DNA from: Octopus vulgaris
Taxonomy: Eukaryota
Direction: 5' to 3'
DNA: 64,000 nt
Assembly (NCBI GenBank): GCA_951406725.2
Contig: OX597829.1
Location: 6,510,001 to 6,574,000 of the forward strand
Shown here: piece after piece, positions 13,643 to 27,063 of the stretch
Layout of the letters: each line of letters starts with the position of its first letter
Position numbering within the stretch: the first letter of the stretch is position 1
The notes under the pieces: model-generated
Seen by the model: the letters and a program-made list of their open reading frames with translations, nothing else
Told to the model about the DNA's origin: nothing
Databases searched by the model: none
Program-made: the position numbers and the translations under genes

Positions 13643-13957
13643 GTACAATTGCTACACCAAAGACTTGTATCACATTATAAAAGGTTTGAGAAAAAACCGA
13701 GTTTCATTGGGAAAGTACGTTTGTAAATCTTCATAGGCGTACATGGTGTTATTAGACTCCAAAACAAATAGTCCATACCGTTTTTACACTCGATATAGAA
13801 TGAATACTGGGTAGGTTACTTCATATTAGGGGAAGGAATTGGATGTTGAGAGAAAGAGGAAAGGAGGGGAAGGGGATGAAACTTTAATGAAGTTGGGATC
13901 ACAAAAAAGAAAATATATATAAATGTAAACATAATTATAAAGGATAATAATAAATAT

Positions 13958-14301
13958 AAACAATTGCAGCGTGGAAGGTGTTTATAAGCCATTTAAGAAA
14001 CACACAAAAACCGTTAGATTCACTTCAACATTTAAATTTGATTTGTTAAAATATTTTCCTCGCTTTCAGACCGCGACCTGTTCATTGACAAAAATCCGTG
14101 ATGCATCACGGAATTTTGTCAGTGAACAGGTCGCGGATTTTATCGACGAAAATATTTTGACAAATTAAACTTAAATGTTGAAGTGAATCTAACGGTTTTT
14201 GTGTGTTTTTTAAATGGCTTATAAACACCTTCCACGCTGCAATTGTTTTCGTTCCATCACATGATCTCAGATCAAATCACTTGCTATGCGAGTACATCTC
14301 C
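13958..14301. mobile_element. HHR module family A as a spacerless palindrome
   Basis: ~145-bp arms centred on CCGTGATG|CATCACGG (14103/14104); HHR copies at 14042-14092(-) and 14115-14164(+). Confidence 0.85.
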
Positions 14302-14391
14302 CCAATAATTATAAAATATAATAAAAAGTAAAGATGTAAGAATATATATATATATATATATGTAGAGAGAGAGAGAGAGAGGGAGAGAGAG

Positions 14392-14622
14392 AGGCGGCGA
14401 GCTGGCAGAAACTTTAGCACGCCGGACGAAATGCGTAGCCGTATTTTGTCTGTCGTTACGTTCTGAGTTCAAATTCCACCGAGGCCGACTTTGCCTTTCA
14501 TCCTTTCGGGGTCGATAAATGAAGTACCAGTTACGCACTGAGGTCGATATAATCGACTTAATCCCTTTGTCTGTCCTTGTTTGTCCCCTCTGTGTTTAGC
14601 CCCTTGTGGGTAGTAAAGAAAT
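14392..14622 (+). mobile_element. tRNA-derived SINE family 2
   Basis: GGCGGCGAGCTGGCAGAA head, GAGTTCAAATTCC B box, GACTTTGCCTTTCATCCTTTCGGGGTCGATAAA core, TTTAGCCCCTTGTGGGTAGTAAAGAAAT tail. Confidence 0.9.
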
Positions 14623-14805
<183 letters not shown>

Positions 14806-15443
14806 TAAATGAATATACATCATGATGTAGAAACAGATGTAGAAGAATTTTTTAAAAGTAATGGATACAAAAAAGGAGATCAGACAGATAAATTTCTATT
14901 TTAGGAGTTTAGCGTCAAACGATATTCTCTTTTATTGGGTTTATATGTTTAAATTTATTATGTAGAACACCTATTTTATCGCACAGCTTATTTATCAAGC
15001 TAGCTGGCAACAATGTGTTAAATATGCAAATTTGTATCTACACTTTATATAAACCCAAACTAATAGGATCGCCGAGACATATAAAAAGAGTGATCAGTCT
15101 CTGACGAAACCTCTGCAGACTTTGAAAGCTTTGCAGCCGACTCTCTTTCTTTCCTTTTCTTTGCTTCGTTCAACATTATATTGCGCATAAAGATAAGATG
15201 CGTATATTTGTGTATACATACAGCATTACTTAAAAGTCAGTAAGATTTTTCGTGTTGTAAAGTGTAGCATTGGAACAACACACTATGTGGTTATACAAAT
15301 AGGGCTGTAATTATTATATGCATTTATATAATTATGAACATATTCTAAGCGAGATACATAATTATAGAAAACCTGTACAATATATAATTATATGCATCTA
15401 TGCATTATTCTGTCTGAGTGTGTGTATGTGTGTGTGTGTGTAC

Positions 15444-15478
<35 letters not shown>

Positions 15479-16986
15479 TAGATAGAGGGAGAGAGAGAAG
15501 GAGGGAGGATGAGAGAGAGGGAGAAAGAGCGGTTGAGATTGTAAGGGGGAAGAAAGACTGACGTATCAATATTTATGGATTGCAGTTTCTTTGCTTGTAT
15601 GCATTTTCTTATATAGTTGTGTGTGTTTGTAACATTTTGAGTGTATGTATGTGTATTATATACTATATATAACTATGCGTGTGTGTGTGTGCGCGCTCGC
15701 GCGGTCGTGTGCTTCTCGAAAATTTACGATTTACCATGACAACCGGAGCATGTGCGCGCAAATTCATCTGCGATCATGAATACGTAGATATAGTCACCTA
15801 TATTACGTATTTAAATGCTTTCTCTTGAACATTGCTCTTCTTTATAGGCCCCACCTTCACCTCTCAAATTATATGTGACTTTCTCCGTCTCTCATTATCG
15901 AACTCTCTTTCTCTCTCATTCTCTCTCATTCTCTCTCCCATCCCCCTCTCTCTATCAATCTATCTATCTATCTCACCCACAATGTCTTGTGTTATTCATC
16001 GCTCCTTTTCTTCATTTATTTATTTAAATACTTTCTTAGAATTTTCTTCTCTTCCTTAGAGTGTTTCTCATCCTCTTCTCTCCTTCCTCCTCTTCCTCCT
16101 CCTATTCTCTCTTGCCAGCTATTGGAATAGTTTTACTTTTCTATCAGTCTCTTCTTTCAACTTCCTCTCTTTTATTTATTCTCTTTCACCCATAGTCTTT
16201 CTGTCATTCTGTCTTTCTCTTCTTATCGTTCAATTTATTTCTTTTCATTTCTTCCAATTTCATTCTATCTCCCCCCCCCCCGATTCCTATAGCAACTAAC
16301 ATTTGCGAGAATTCTATTTTGTTATACACTCTGCCCACCTCCCCGTCCCAATCTTTCTGGAATCAGAATATTCATCACAGCATAAACAATCCTCCTCTAA
16401 TATACAATGTTTGATTTACCAAATGTTTCTGCTACAATGATTTTATTATTCAACCACCACAAAACTTTCCTTAATCAAATTTGACCTGTGCCTCCAATGA
16501 TGTGTGTGCGTGTTTGTGTGTGTGTGTGAGTTTGTGTGTATGTGTGTGCATATGTGTATGTTTCAGAAATGGGAAATATATAATTTGCATGTTTCTTTTT
16601 TTTTTCATCTTTGCATTCGACTGAGATTTTTCTCTCTTTTTTATCTACGCGAGACTCCTCACTCGAGATAAGTCAACTCTATACTAGAAAGATCTTAAAA
16701 TATTTAATATTTTTCAAATTTTCTTTTATATTTCTTAATTTTGTCACAGGATTTATTTCCTTTGTGTTTTCTTTTGTTTTTGATAGTTTTTTCTCGTTTA
16801 TTGTGTGCATATTTCACCCCTCCGCGACCATTCTCTAGTAAATACGTACAACAATGCACGTGCTCACAGAGACACTCGTACCCACCACACATATCTCAAA
16901 TGTTTATGCGTATGCATACCTATATGTACATGCGTGCACACTTTTTTGCATACATATATATATATATATACACACACACACATATA

Positions 16987-17130
<144 letters not shown>

Positions 17131-17659
17131 TATAAACACACATACACACACACACATATTTGTGAATGGGTGTATATATATAAATTTTATAGACTATAGT
17201 TTAGTGAATGAAACTTTTGAAAATAACTTCTACTCTGATCTGTTCAAGGGACATATATGAAAATTATGCTTTGAATGATGTTTAATATGCTAAGTAGTAA
17301 TAAAATATATATATTGATTCGTACAAATATTAGTCTTACATAGGGCAACACATAAATAGAAATGTCTACGTATATTTTTATTACTCTTTTATTTTCAACT
17401 CTTTTTTTTTTTGTCTACTTGTTTCGGCAGACCCTGATAAGACTCACACACAAACATATATACAAATACGTATGTATTTTGTAGCAACACATTGAATAGT
17501 TCATCTTGAACAACTGTATGCTTATTTGGTATAACAATCATGTACTGACCTTCCCCTCACCTGTTTTCTGATTATCATGGCAAATAGCAGAATAAAATAT
17601 AAAAAAACGTGGGTCTCTTGGGGTCGGTATTAGAGCCAGCGCTTGGGCACTTCCATTTG

Positions 17660-18200
17660 ATGAGCATGGCTGGCTGAGGCGCAGCGTAATATCAAAGTCC
17701 CATTTCGGTCTTTGATGGATGAGCAGGATGAGCAAGATGAGCAGAATTCTACTCAATTTTAAATACATGTCCGATTGGACAATCCAAACCGACTTATCCA
17801 CGGCATGTCATGTATAGTAGAATTGGTAGGTTGTAGATCTAACTGTGGGGGTTCTGATTAGTTTGGACCAAATGAAAAATTTCGATACGTGTTTCCCATT
17901 TCTACTTGTTGCTAATGTTCAAGGCATCTGGTTTCAGTTCGTCCCCAGGGCTTGAATCCCTTCTATGTAAAGTGGCGTAAATTCAGGGGTCACAAAGTGG
18001 ACACTGGCCGGGATCAGTTTTTCAAGATGTTTCTTTCTTCTCTTCTGTATGTACAGACTTTCGACCCACTAGTAAGAAAATTCAGATTATTGATGGGTGT
18101 TCCACTCCAGCTAGGACTTGCAAGAGTAGTGTTCGCGTATGTGGACGATATTAATGTAGTAATATCAAATACTACAGAAATCAAGGATGTTAGATGTAAG
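17660..18200 (+). mobile_element. Degraded Tx1/L1-clade RT fragment
   Basis: GVLISLDQMKNFD (LDQxKAFDRV) and VFAYVDDINVVIS (YADD). Confidence 0.6.
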
Positions 18201-18229
18201 TGACCATATATTTTTGCAGCAAGTTGTGC

Positions 18230-20100
18230 CTGTCAACAGCTACCAAACCAAATTCAAGCAATAGGCCTTTAGTTTTACATTTCATTATCAAAGTTGCCTT
18301 TCTTTAATTATCTATCTCTGGAATCCCTCTCGTACTACAGAATCATTGAAGTGTTGCTGTAGCCTTGAATGAGCATTTAAAAAAAAAATTCATAAGGATC
18401 CTTGGATCTCATCCTGCCCAGTAGATTTGGTTTTGAATTTAACTTGCTTTTATTGTTTTTCTGTGTTATTCTTTGACATTTCTGTTTTGTTTCATCAGAT
18501 AACTCATCCTCAACTTCAATTCACATCTTTCTTAAGCCCTTTTCCATCCTTCGTAAATTTTGCTACAATTGTGTGAATTTTTCAGAATTCAGTGCGTCTC
18601 TTCAGAGCTGAGTAATATCACCTTCCATTCTTATCTTCCACCAGAATTCCTTGCATTTCTCATTTTCTGTTTGCTTAATGCCTATTAGCTTACCAACCAG
18701 AAAACCTGCAGTGCTGATTAAATTTCCGAGGCCGTTGGTTGGCGATAGCATCAGTTTCTATATATAACATGTCATGGTTTACTTTTGCTGTTACACCTAC
18801 AGTACGATTTGCTTCCATATTCCGAAGGTTCAACGGCGTCTTATTGAATGATACTATTGTTATTGTCATCTGATTTGTTATTTTTGGAGTTGTTGCTATT
18901 GTTAATGTTCGTCTTCTTTGTGTTCGATACCCACTGTAGCCTTATCTGAACGACGACCAGCAACCTACAGCAGGCATTGTAGTGCCATTTTATTATTTAA
19001 CACGCGTTCCGGTCCCGTAGGCTTTTCATTCTTGGCACAAGTATTAACAGAGAGTAGAAGAAAAACGTTTCCAGAATATATTACAAATAGAAGAACTTAT
19101 ATAGCGTGATCTGTATTGGTTAGTGATATTTTCTAGATTTGTAAGCTAGATTCTCCAGGATTCTTCAGTGATATCATTGTTTGCTTTATTACCCCTAGTC
19201 ATCCTGTCACATCTAACACTGGTCCTGTCATCATTTGGCATATCTTACTTATTTCAATTTCTATGCTTTTATGATTAGCGAGTTGGCAGTTACATTTTTT
19301 TGCTCAATAGTATATTTACATCTGAGTAAATCAGTCGTATTTTTAGTGCCTTTAACAATATCATCTGGGTGGTTGTCATGAATTATGCTATTAGTATGTT
19401 ATGTTCTAAAGAAGGCTTTACAGTGATTAAAATGACGAACTTTGTTGTGCCAAGCGTTGCATTTTGTTGGAGCCAAAACGAAGCATCCGCATATCAAACG
19501 GTCAGTTGTTTCGCCATAAGCATCAAAGACTTTGCACTTGGAGCCTGCTCTTTCTTGAGGGACTTGGCTTGTTATTTATTTATGTTTTTGCGCATAGTTT
19601 CTGGTCCTGGGCAATAAGAAAGAATTCCTCCGTTCCTGCCTTCAATTCTAAATTCCAGGGTCACTGAGGAGTTTTTGATTGGTCTACTTCCGTTTCTTGA
19701 CTATGGTGAGGTTTTTACGAGGCGGTGAGCTGGCAGAATCGATAGCACGCCGGGCGAAATGCGTAGCCGTATATCGTCTGCCGTTATGTTCTGAGTTCAA
19801 ATTCCGCCGAGGTCGACTTTGCCTTTCATCCTTTCGGGGTCAATTAAATAAGTACCAGTTACGCACTGGAGTCGATGTAACCGACTTAATCCCTTTGTCT
19901 GTCCTTGTTTGTCCCCTCTGTGTATAGCCCCTTGTGGGTAGTAAAGAAATATATGGTGAGGTATTTACTGTTAGCTGTCTTCCAAAAATTTAAGTTTCTG
20001 TATTTCTTTTTATCCAATTCTTTTTGGCAGCCTTTTCTTGGAATTTAGTCAGCTTCGCTAGTGTTTTCCATTTTTGTTATGTGTAACTCTGATCTATATT
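18230..20100 (-). mobile_element. Highly degraded R4/Dong LINE fragments
   Basis: Broken frames SKCKVFDAYGETTDRLICGCFVLAP..WHNKV (CCHC/RHD region) and IEIEISKI.. homologous to 58957-59769; interrupted by a SINE. Confidence 0.5.
19720..19952 (+). mobile_element. SINE family 2
   Basis: Near-identical to 14392-14622. Confidence 0.9.
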
Positions 20101-20114
20101 TTCAGCTTCTACGA

Positions 20115-20303
20115 AGGATAGTCGACTATATCGAGCATACTACTCGACTGGTACTTATTTTATCGACCCCGGAAAGTTAAAAAGTAAAGTCGAGCGCGGT
20201 GGAATTTGAATTCAAAACGTAAAACCAGAAGAAATGCCGCTAAGCATCTTATTTGTTTCTGCCAAGTCACTGCATTAATGATGCAACAACAAGTAGAATG
20301 ATA

Positions 20304-20343
<40 letters not shown>

Positions 20344-20565
20344 GGATGATGATGGGGATAATAATAATAATGCTTCAAATTTTAGCACAAGACCAGCAAT
20401 TTCAATGGGAGTGTTTAATTAAATTAAATCCCCCAGTTTCTGACTGGTACTTATTTCATCGGCAACGGAAACAGAAAGAGTAAAGTGGACCTAGGTAAAG
20501 TTTGAACTCGAAACGTAAAGCCAGAAGCATTTTGTCTGGCATGCTAAGGTTTTAACCAGATCACT
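20115..20565 (-). mobile_element. Two degraded SINE family 2 copies separated by (GAT)n
   Basis: ACTGGTACTTATTT..GGAATTTGAA reverse matches at ~20150-20250 and ~20440-20560. Confidence 0.6.
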
Positions 20566-21548
20566 AGATTAATGCATTAATAATAATGATAAAAACAACA
20601 AAAACAAAGAGGACGACGATGATGATGATTGGCTGAAATGTTCAAACAATAATTACATAATGATTCAACGATTAATTATGGCGAATATTTATTAAATTTA
20701 GGCGTGTTTGTCTGGCACATATGTTGTAAGCAGCTTAGATATAAGAAAAATTTCAACTTTAATACCTTCATGCCTATTAGGTATAAAAACAATGTGTTGA
20801 AGCCTCGAATCAGAATAAGTTCTTCCACAAGTCAGTATTTACTCATTAAATAAGATATTCAACACAAATATAATATAATTCGAATTTTTCCATAAGTGCT
20901 ATTCCTCAACTTCATTCAATGAGCGCTAGTTTTTCTTTCTTCCTTTCTTTCATTATTTTTTTCTCTTCCTATTCGTTACTTGTATAGAGTCCCACGTCTT
21001 TAGCTTTCTGTTGCTTACAGAATGCCCCACCTCAATGAATTTTACTCCTAGTCTATATGGATACAACAAGTGATTTTTGCATGCGAGCAAGATTGCGTAT
21101 ACATATGTGTACATGCATCTGTGTGTATATTTTCGTTTTGCATTTATATGTCTGTATATGTATGTGGTCTGCGCACATCTATCTGTGTATTTTGATGTAT
21201 ACATGTATATTAATGGTTTAGTATGAGTATGTACTGTTGTGAAATATTTTAATATATTTTAATATATTATAATTTCGATTTTTATGTATTATTTGTATTA
21301 ATCGAATTATATTTTCTGTATCATTAATGACAATATGTATTTGAACCTAAGCATCGATTTAAGGTTTTTCCTCGATTTTTATAATTTTATATTTTATATT
21401 GAACTCATTTATTTGTTTTGTTTAATTTTTCTTTATCGCTCGCATATGACCGTTATTCGAAAGGACCAATAAAACAAATCCATTTTTAAAGGTGTAACGT
21501 TTATACTAGTCTTGATCGAATTGTCATCTCGGTTCTATTTTAACAAAA

Positions 21549-21586
21549 CTGTCCGACGAACGGGAACGTGAAGCTCCGAGTAACAG
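21549..21586 (+). ncRNA. Minimal hammerhead, family B (U4C), degraded
   Basis: CUGU-CCGACGA-ACG GGAA CGU-GAAG-CUCCGAG-UA-ACAG. Confidence 0.55.
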
Positions 21587-21611
21587 CTTTTGTTATATTT
21601 CTGCTGCTTTT

Positions 21612-21704
<93 letters not shown>

Positions 21705-21784
21705 CACATATATATATATATATATATATACATGTATATATATATATATACATATATACATATGAAGAGAGAGAGAGAGAGAGA

Positions 21785-21985
21785 GATGTACTTGCATAGC
21801 GAGTGACTTGATCTGAGATCGTGTGCTAGACCGAAAACATTTGCAGCGTGGAAGGTGTTTGTAAGCCATTTAAGAAACACACAAAACCCGTTCGATTCAC
21901 TTCAACATTTAAATTTGATTTGTCAAAATATTTTCGTCGCTTTCAGACCGCGACCTCTTCACTGACAAAACTTAGTGCTGCATCT
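21785..21985 (-). mobile_element. HHR module family A (HHR 21919-21969, core GUGAAGA)
   Basis: Homology to 13958-14301. Confidence 0.8.
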
Positions 21986-22497
21986 GAGAAAGTAACAGTT
22001 AGTTCATGATATATATGTACGTATGTATGTGTGTGTGTATGTATATATTTATGTATGTATGTATGTTTGTATGTATGTATGCATGTATGTATGTATGTAT
22101 GTATGTATGCATGCATGTATGTATGTATATTTGTATGTATGTATGTTTGTATGTATGTATGTATGTACTTACGTACTTACGTATGTATGCATGTATGTAT
22201 GTACTTACGTACTTACGTATGTATGTATGTATGTATGTGCGTATGTATGTATGTATGTGCTTATGTACGTGTGGACATGTAAGTGCGCATGCATGTGTGT
22301 ATGCCTATACACATGCATGTATGTACTTATGTACTTACGTACGTCTGTGAGTATTTAGGGGAGTGTGTAGACGTGTCTGTGTGTGTGTAGATGTGTATGT
22401 ACATGTGAACGTATGTTTATGTACTGGTATGTGTCAGTTGTTACCTTGTTGAAAGTTGTATATATACACACATATACATTTATATAGACACACACAC

Positions 22498-22537
<40 letters not shown>

Positions 22538-22764
22538 TTGTCCCTCTCACCACCGTCTAACGGTGAATGGATACAACGTCTTAGATACATATATGCACAT
22601 ATAACCTTATACATATATACATATACACACAATCATATAGATACTTACACATACAAATATACGTATAATCTTAAAGTATACACACGCATACGCTCATCCA
22701 TCTCTACATACATATATACATATACATATATACATATACATATACACATGCATACATACATACA

Positions 22765-22840
<76 letters not shown>

Positions 22841-22862
22841 TTATAAACACCTTCCACACTGC

Positions 22863-22902
<40 letters not shown>

Positions 22903-22904
22903 AT

Positions 22905-24187
22905 ACAATATGTTACATTACTCGGTAGTCAAGATAAAACTCTGAGTTTCAGATGCCGAAGTGGAAATCCACAACACCATCTCTTCGGTTATCTGGCTAT
23001 TTGAAAACGTTATGAAAAAATACCGTTAAAAATGAAGGGAAATTACTCTGTTATAACTCTGCTTTGCCTGCGTACTTATACATCGCTCGCATTTTTCGTC
23101 ATAAAAATTATATAAAAATACATAAAAAATATATAAAAATATATAAAAATATATAAAATCTTCTTGGGACATAACACAGAAAGCATGTTCTATCCGTTTT
23201 CTTTAGGGGACCAAAAACGTAACAGAAATTTAGTCACATGTGGGCATGATCCGAAAAGTTCTGTCCTTGTATTTAGACATGTGGTAGGGTCTAAGCTGCT
23301 TTTCCAGATAAGCCATCTCTCCATGTCGCATAAACCGCACCTTCCGCTGCCGTTAGTATAGGGCTTACATCTGGCCAAAATCTTCCATTGTATGTTATAA
23401 TCGACACCTTTATCTCTTAAAGACCAAATATGATTGGATAATTGTGTCGCTTTTCTTTTGTTCCAGTGCCTAAAGCTCAAAGTGTGGTTATTGAACCTGG
23501 TCTTGAAATTACCCTCTGTCAGGCCCACGTATTTCTTCGTCAAAACGGTGTCTTTAGTGGTTATAGAGTTTACGGTAGCCTCATATATGATGGTCTTGGA
23601 CATGCAAGCTCCATTTAGCGGGCACAATTCTTTATTCCTGCATGAACAGCTGTTTTCTTCTTGTGTTTTTTGTATGTTATGATTGATTATGTTTTTAAAA
23701 TTGGTAGTTGAACTAAAACTAATTTTTAAATTGTGTCTATTGAAGAGTTTCCTATAAGCATGGTTAACTGGAAAATGTCTATCTATCAGTGCTAGGAAAT
23801 ATTTACCTATATTGAAGGCCACCTCGGGTGAGTAAGGGGGCGTAAACCAGATGACCTTCCTATTTCTATTATTCCTTTTCCTTATTGTTGGGCTGGTGAT
23901 AGGTGTATATTTTATTTTTTCGCTAAAACCACTATCTTTTAAAGCTTTATTATAAACTGGGGCAACGCTATTGAAGATGTCCTCATTAGATGAGAGGCTA
24001 GAAATCCTATTACTAATATTTTTAACTAAATTTTTGAATACTATAGGGGGATGGCATGAACCTACATTAATATAACTTAGTCTATCATTGGGCTTCCTAT
24101 AAGGCTTATAAATATTTTTATTAAGATCTAAGGAAACGTCTAAGAAATTGACAACCGTCAGGTTAGTGTCTATAGTTATACTAAGTC

Positions 24188-24190
<3 letters not shown>
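22905..24190 (-). mobile_element. Penelope-like element, Naiad-type, 5'-truncated (RT thumb + GIY-YIG)
   Basis: Open frame 23190-24190: VNFLDVSL, YRKP, SCHPP, WFTPPYS, CSCRNKELCPLNGAC, IIYEATV..YVGLTEGNFKTRFNNH, CGLC..LNTRTE..CPH; both ends in (TA)n; the ORF-track start in the microsatellite is spurious. Confidence 0.92.
22932..22994 (-). ncRNA. Hammerhead (U4C core) in PLE 3' region
   Basis: AGAUAA-CCGAAGA-GAUG..CAUC-U-GAA-ACUCAGAGU-U-UUAUCU, same strand and ~200 nt downstream of the PLE ORF stop. Confidence 0.75.
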
Positions 24191-24230
<40 letters not shown>

Positions 24231-24234
<4 letters not shown>

Positions 24235-24446
24235 CATATACACATAGATATACATATACATATGTATGACACTCTTTTCAGGGACAACGGTTAAAATTCA
24301 AACTTGCTTTATTTTATTCTATTTATCCTTTTTTTATACATACATATACACATAGATATACATATACATATGTATGACACTCTTTTCAGGGACAACGGTT
24401 AAAATTCAAACTTGCTTTATTTTATTCTATTTATCCTTTTTTTATT
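24231..24446 (+). repeat. 108-bp tandem duplication
   Basis: ATGACACTCTTTTCAGGGACAACGG at 24266 and 24374. Confidence 0.85.
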
Positions 24447-24644
24447 TTTTATTTTTACATGCATACATATATAAGACATATATATATATATACACATACT
24501 CATATGTGCATGCATGTCCATACTTATACACTAACATACACAACACACAACACATACGCACATGTACACACACATATACATCTACATATACGTACATACA
24601 CATCAAACAATGTACACTCGTACGGTTATATATAACTCTCTACT

Positions 24645-25750
24645 AAATGAAGAACAGGTGATGACAGCTATACAACACATAGCTGACTCTATTCATAGCA
24701 GTATAAAAGTTACCGTGGACTACCCCTCTAAACACCCCAGTAATAGATTACCTGCCCTAGATACTGAGCTGTGGATGGAAAATACTATGGTTAACGGAAC
24801 TGTTAAACCCTGTATACTCCACTCACACTATTGTAAACCTATGGCTAATCCACTGGTAATCCGTAATGACTCAGCGATGTCGAGTACTACCAGGCTCAAC
24901 ATCCTGGTGGCAGACTTAGTTAGAGTAATGAGGAATGTATCTCCACTATGCCAACCACAAGAACGACAACAACACATCCAGCACTTCATATTCCGAATGC
25001 AACGCTCCGGATACACACAATATTACAGAATCAGAGTGTATAAAGGAGCGAAAACAAGATTTGAACGCATTCTAAGTGATGACGAAAACGGTATATGCCC
25101 CCCTATAACGCAACACGTTCAGGAATAGGTTAGAGAGAGACACCAACAAGAGAAATAAAACCAATACTTGGTATGATAACAAGAAATTTCACTGTGTAAT
25201 GTTTGTTGACGCCACACCTAAGAACGAATTATGTAAGGCATTCAAGAAAATCCTGCACACAACTTGCCTTAAGATCAAGGTTGTAGAAAAGACAGGTAGG
25301 ACTATCAAATCAGTATTATGTAGATCATATCCATTTGATAGATTCACATGTCAAAATAACTGTGCAGTATGTTCTACAAAGCCACATGTGAACTGCAAAA
25401 CCAAGAGCATTGTATACCAAATTAAGTGCCAAGAAGGAGCTTGCGCGACTAACCCAGTCATACATAGGTGAGACTTCTAGGAGTATCAATGATAGGTTCA
25501 AAGAACACCTGGACAACTACATTGAAAAGAAACCAAACTCCATCTTCTATCAGCATGCTGTAGACTGCCACAAGGGCTCCTTAGGGAGACTTGAGTTAAA
25601 CATCTTATCCACACATCCCACTGATGCAATGCTGAGACAGGTCACGGAAGCTGTCTGTATACAAGAATACAAACCCACTCTCAACCGAAAATCCGAATGG
25701 GGTAACATCCAGATTCCACCCGGGAGTACCATTCTTTAACCACCCCCTCT
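24645..25750 (+). mobile_element. Penelope-like element (probably Nematis-like), 5'-truncated, two frameshifts
   Basis: TVDYPSKH..LPALD, YCKPMAN, MQRSGY, FVDATP, C..CAVC..C linker, IVYQIKC..YIGETSRSINDRFKEH, LRQVTEAVCI, LNRKSEWG; clade name from motif recall. Confidence 0.88.
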
Positions 25751-25961
25751 CTCTCATTTACATATAATAATCCATGCATACATGTTGAACTGCTTGGTAC
25801 TAAAATACATATATGCAGTTATATATAACCGTACGAGCGTACATTGTTTGATATGTATGTACGTATGTGTAGATGTATAAGTGTGTGTACGTGTGTGTAT
25901 GTGTTGTGTGTTGTGTATGTGAGTGTATAAGTATGTATATGCATGCACATTTGAGTATGTG

Positions 25962-26005
<44 letters not shown>

Positions 26006-26123
26006 TTATATATGTATGCATGTAAAAAAATATTAAATAAAAAAAGGATAAATAGAATAAAATAAAGCAAGTTTGAATTTTAACCGTTCACCTTAAAAAG
26101 AGTGTCATATATATGTATATGTA

Positions 26124-26164
<41 letters not shown>

Positions 26165-26170
<6 letters not shown>

Positions 26171-26435
26171 ACAAAATAAAACATATGCATATATACATAC
26201 ATATATGTACGTACCTACCTCTATATGTATATATACATGCATATATGGGTACAGGACACCAAAAAACGTCGAACACAACGAGAAACGAAAACATAAAACA
26301 AAACCAAGGGAACGGACATTTTTTTATACAACGAAAAATCAGAGTACGGGACATACAACACAAGGAAAATTCCCCTTCTTCAGCCGCCTCTGTTTCGTCT
26401 ACTCCGTGTTGTGAAGGTAAAGGCGAGACACGACA
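26165..26435 (-). mobile_element. Non-coding interspersed repeat between TA runs (second copy 43280-43540 +)
   Basis: GGTGTCCTGTACCCATATATGCATG..GCTGAAGAAG shared by both copies; likely PLE pLTR derivative. Confidence 0.7.
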
Positions 26436-26919
26436 TATATATATATATACAGATATGTATGTATGTGCGTGTCTATGTATATGTATATATGTATGTAGAG
26501 ATGGATGAACGTATATGTGCGTATATATACAACTTTCAACAAGGTAACAGTCATGTATACAACTTGAACTGACACATATCATTACATAAACATACGTTCA
26601 CATGTACATACACATGTACACGCACACAGACACGTCTACACACTCTCCTAAATACTCACATACATACGTACGTACATAAGTACATACATACATGCATACA
26701 TACGCACATACATACATACGCACATACATACATACATACGCACATAAATACATACATACATACATACATACATACATACATACATACATACATACATACA
26801 TACATACATACATGCATACATACATACATACATACATACATACATACATACATACATACATACACTACACATACGTACATACGTACATATATATATCATG
26901 AACTAACTGTTACTTTCTC

Positions 26920-27063
26920 AGATGCTGCACGAAGTTTTGTCAGTGAAGAGGTCGCGGTCTGAAAGTGAAGAAAATATTTTGACAAATAAAATTTAAATGT
27001 TGAAGTGAATCTAACGGTTTTTGTGTGTTTCTTAAATGGCTTATAAACACCTTCCACGCTGCA

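Noticed and set aside
15096-15142. Hammerhead (CUGACGA..GAAAGCU UUGC AGC)
   Set aside because: Lacks the U16.1/H17 cleavage site and has a poor stem II; at most a decayed copy
22995-23189. SECIS element in the Naiad 3' region
   Set aside because: AUGA..GA present but no convincing helix II; no in-frame UGA in the visible ORF
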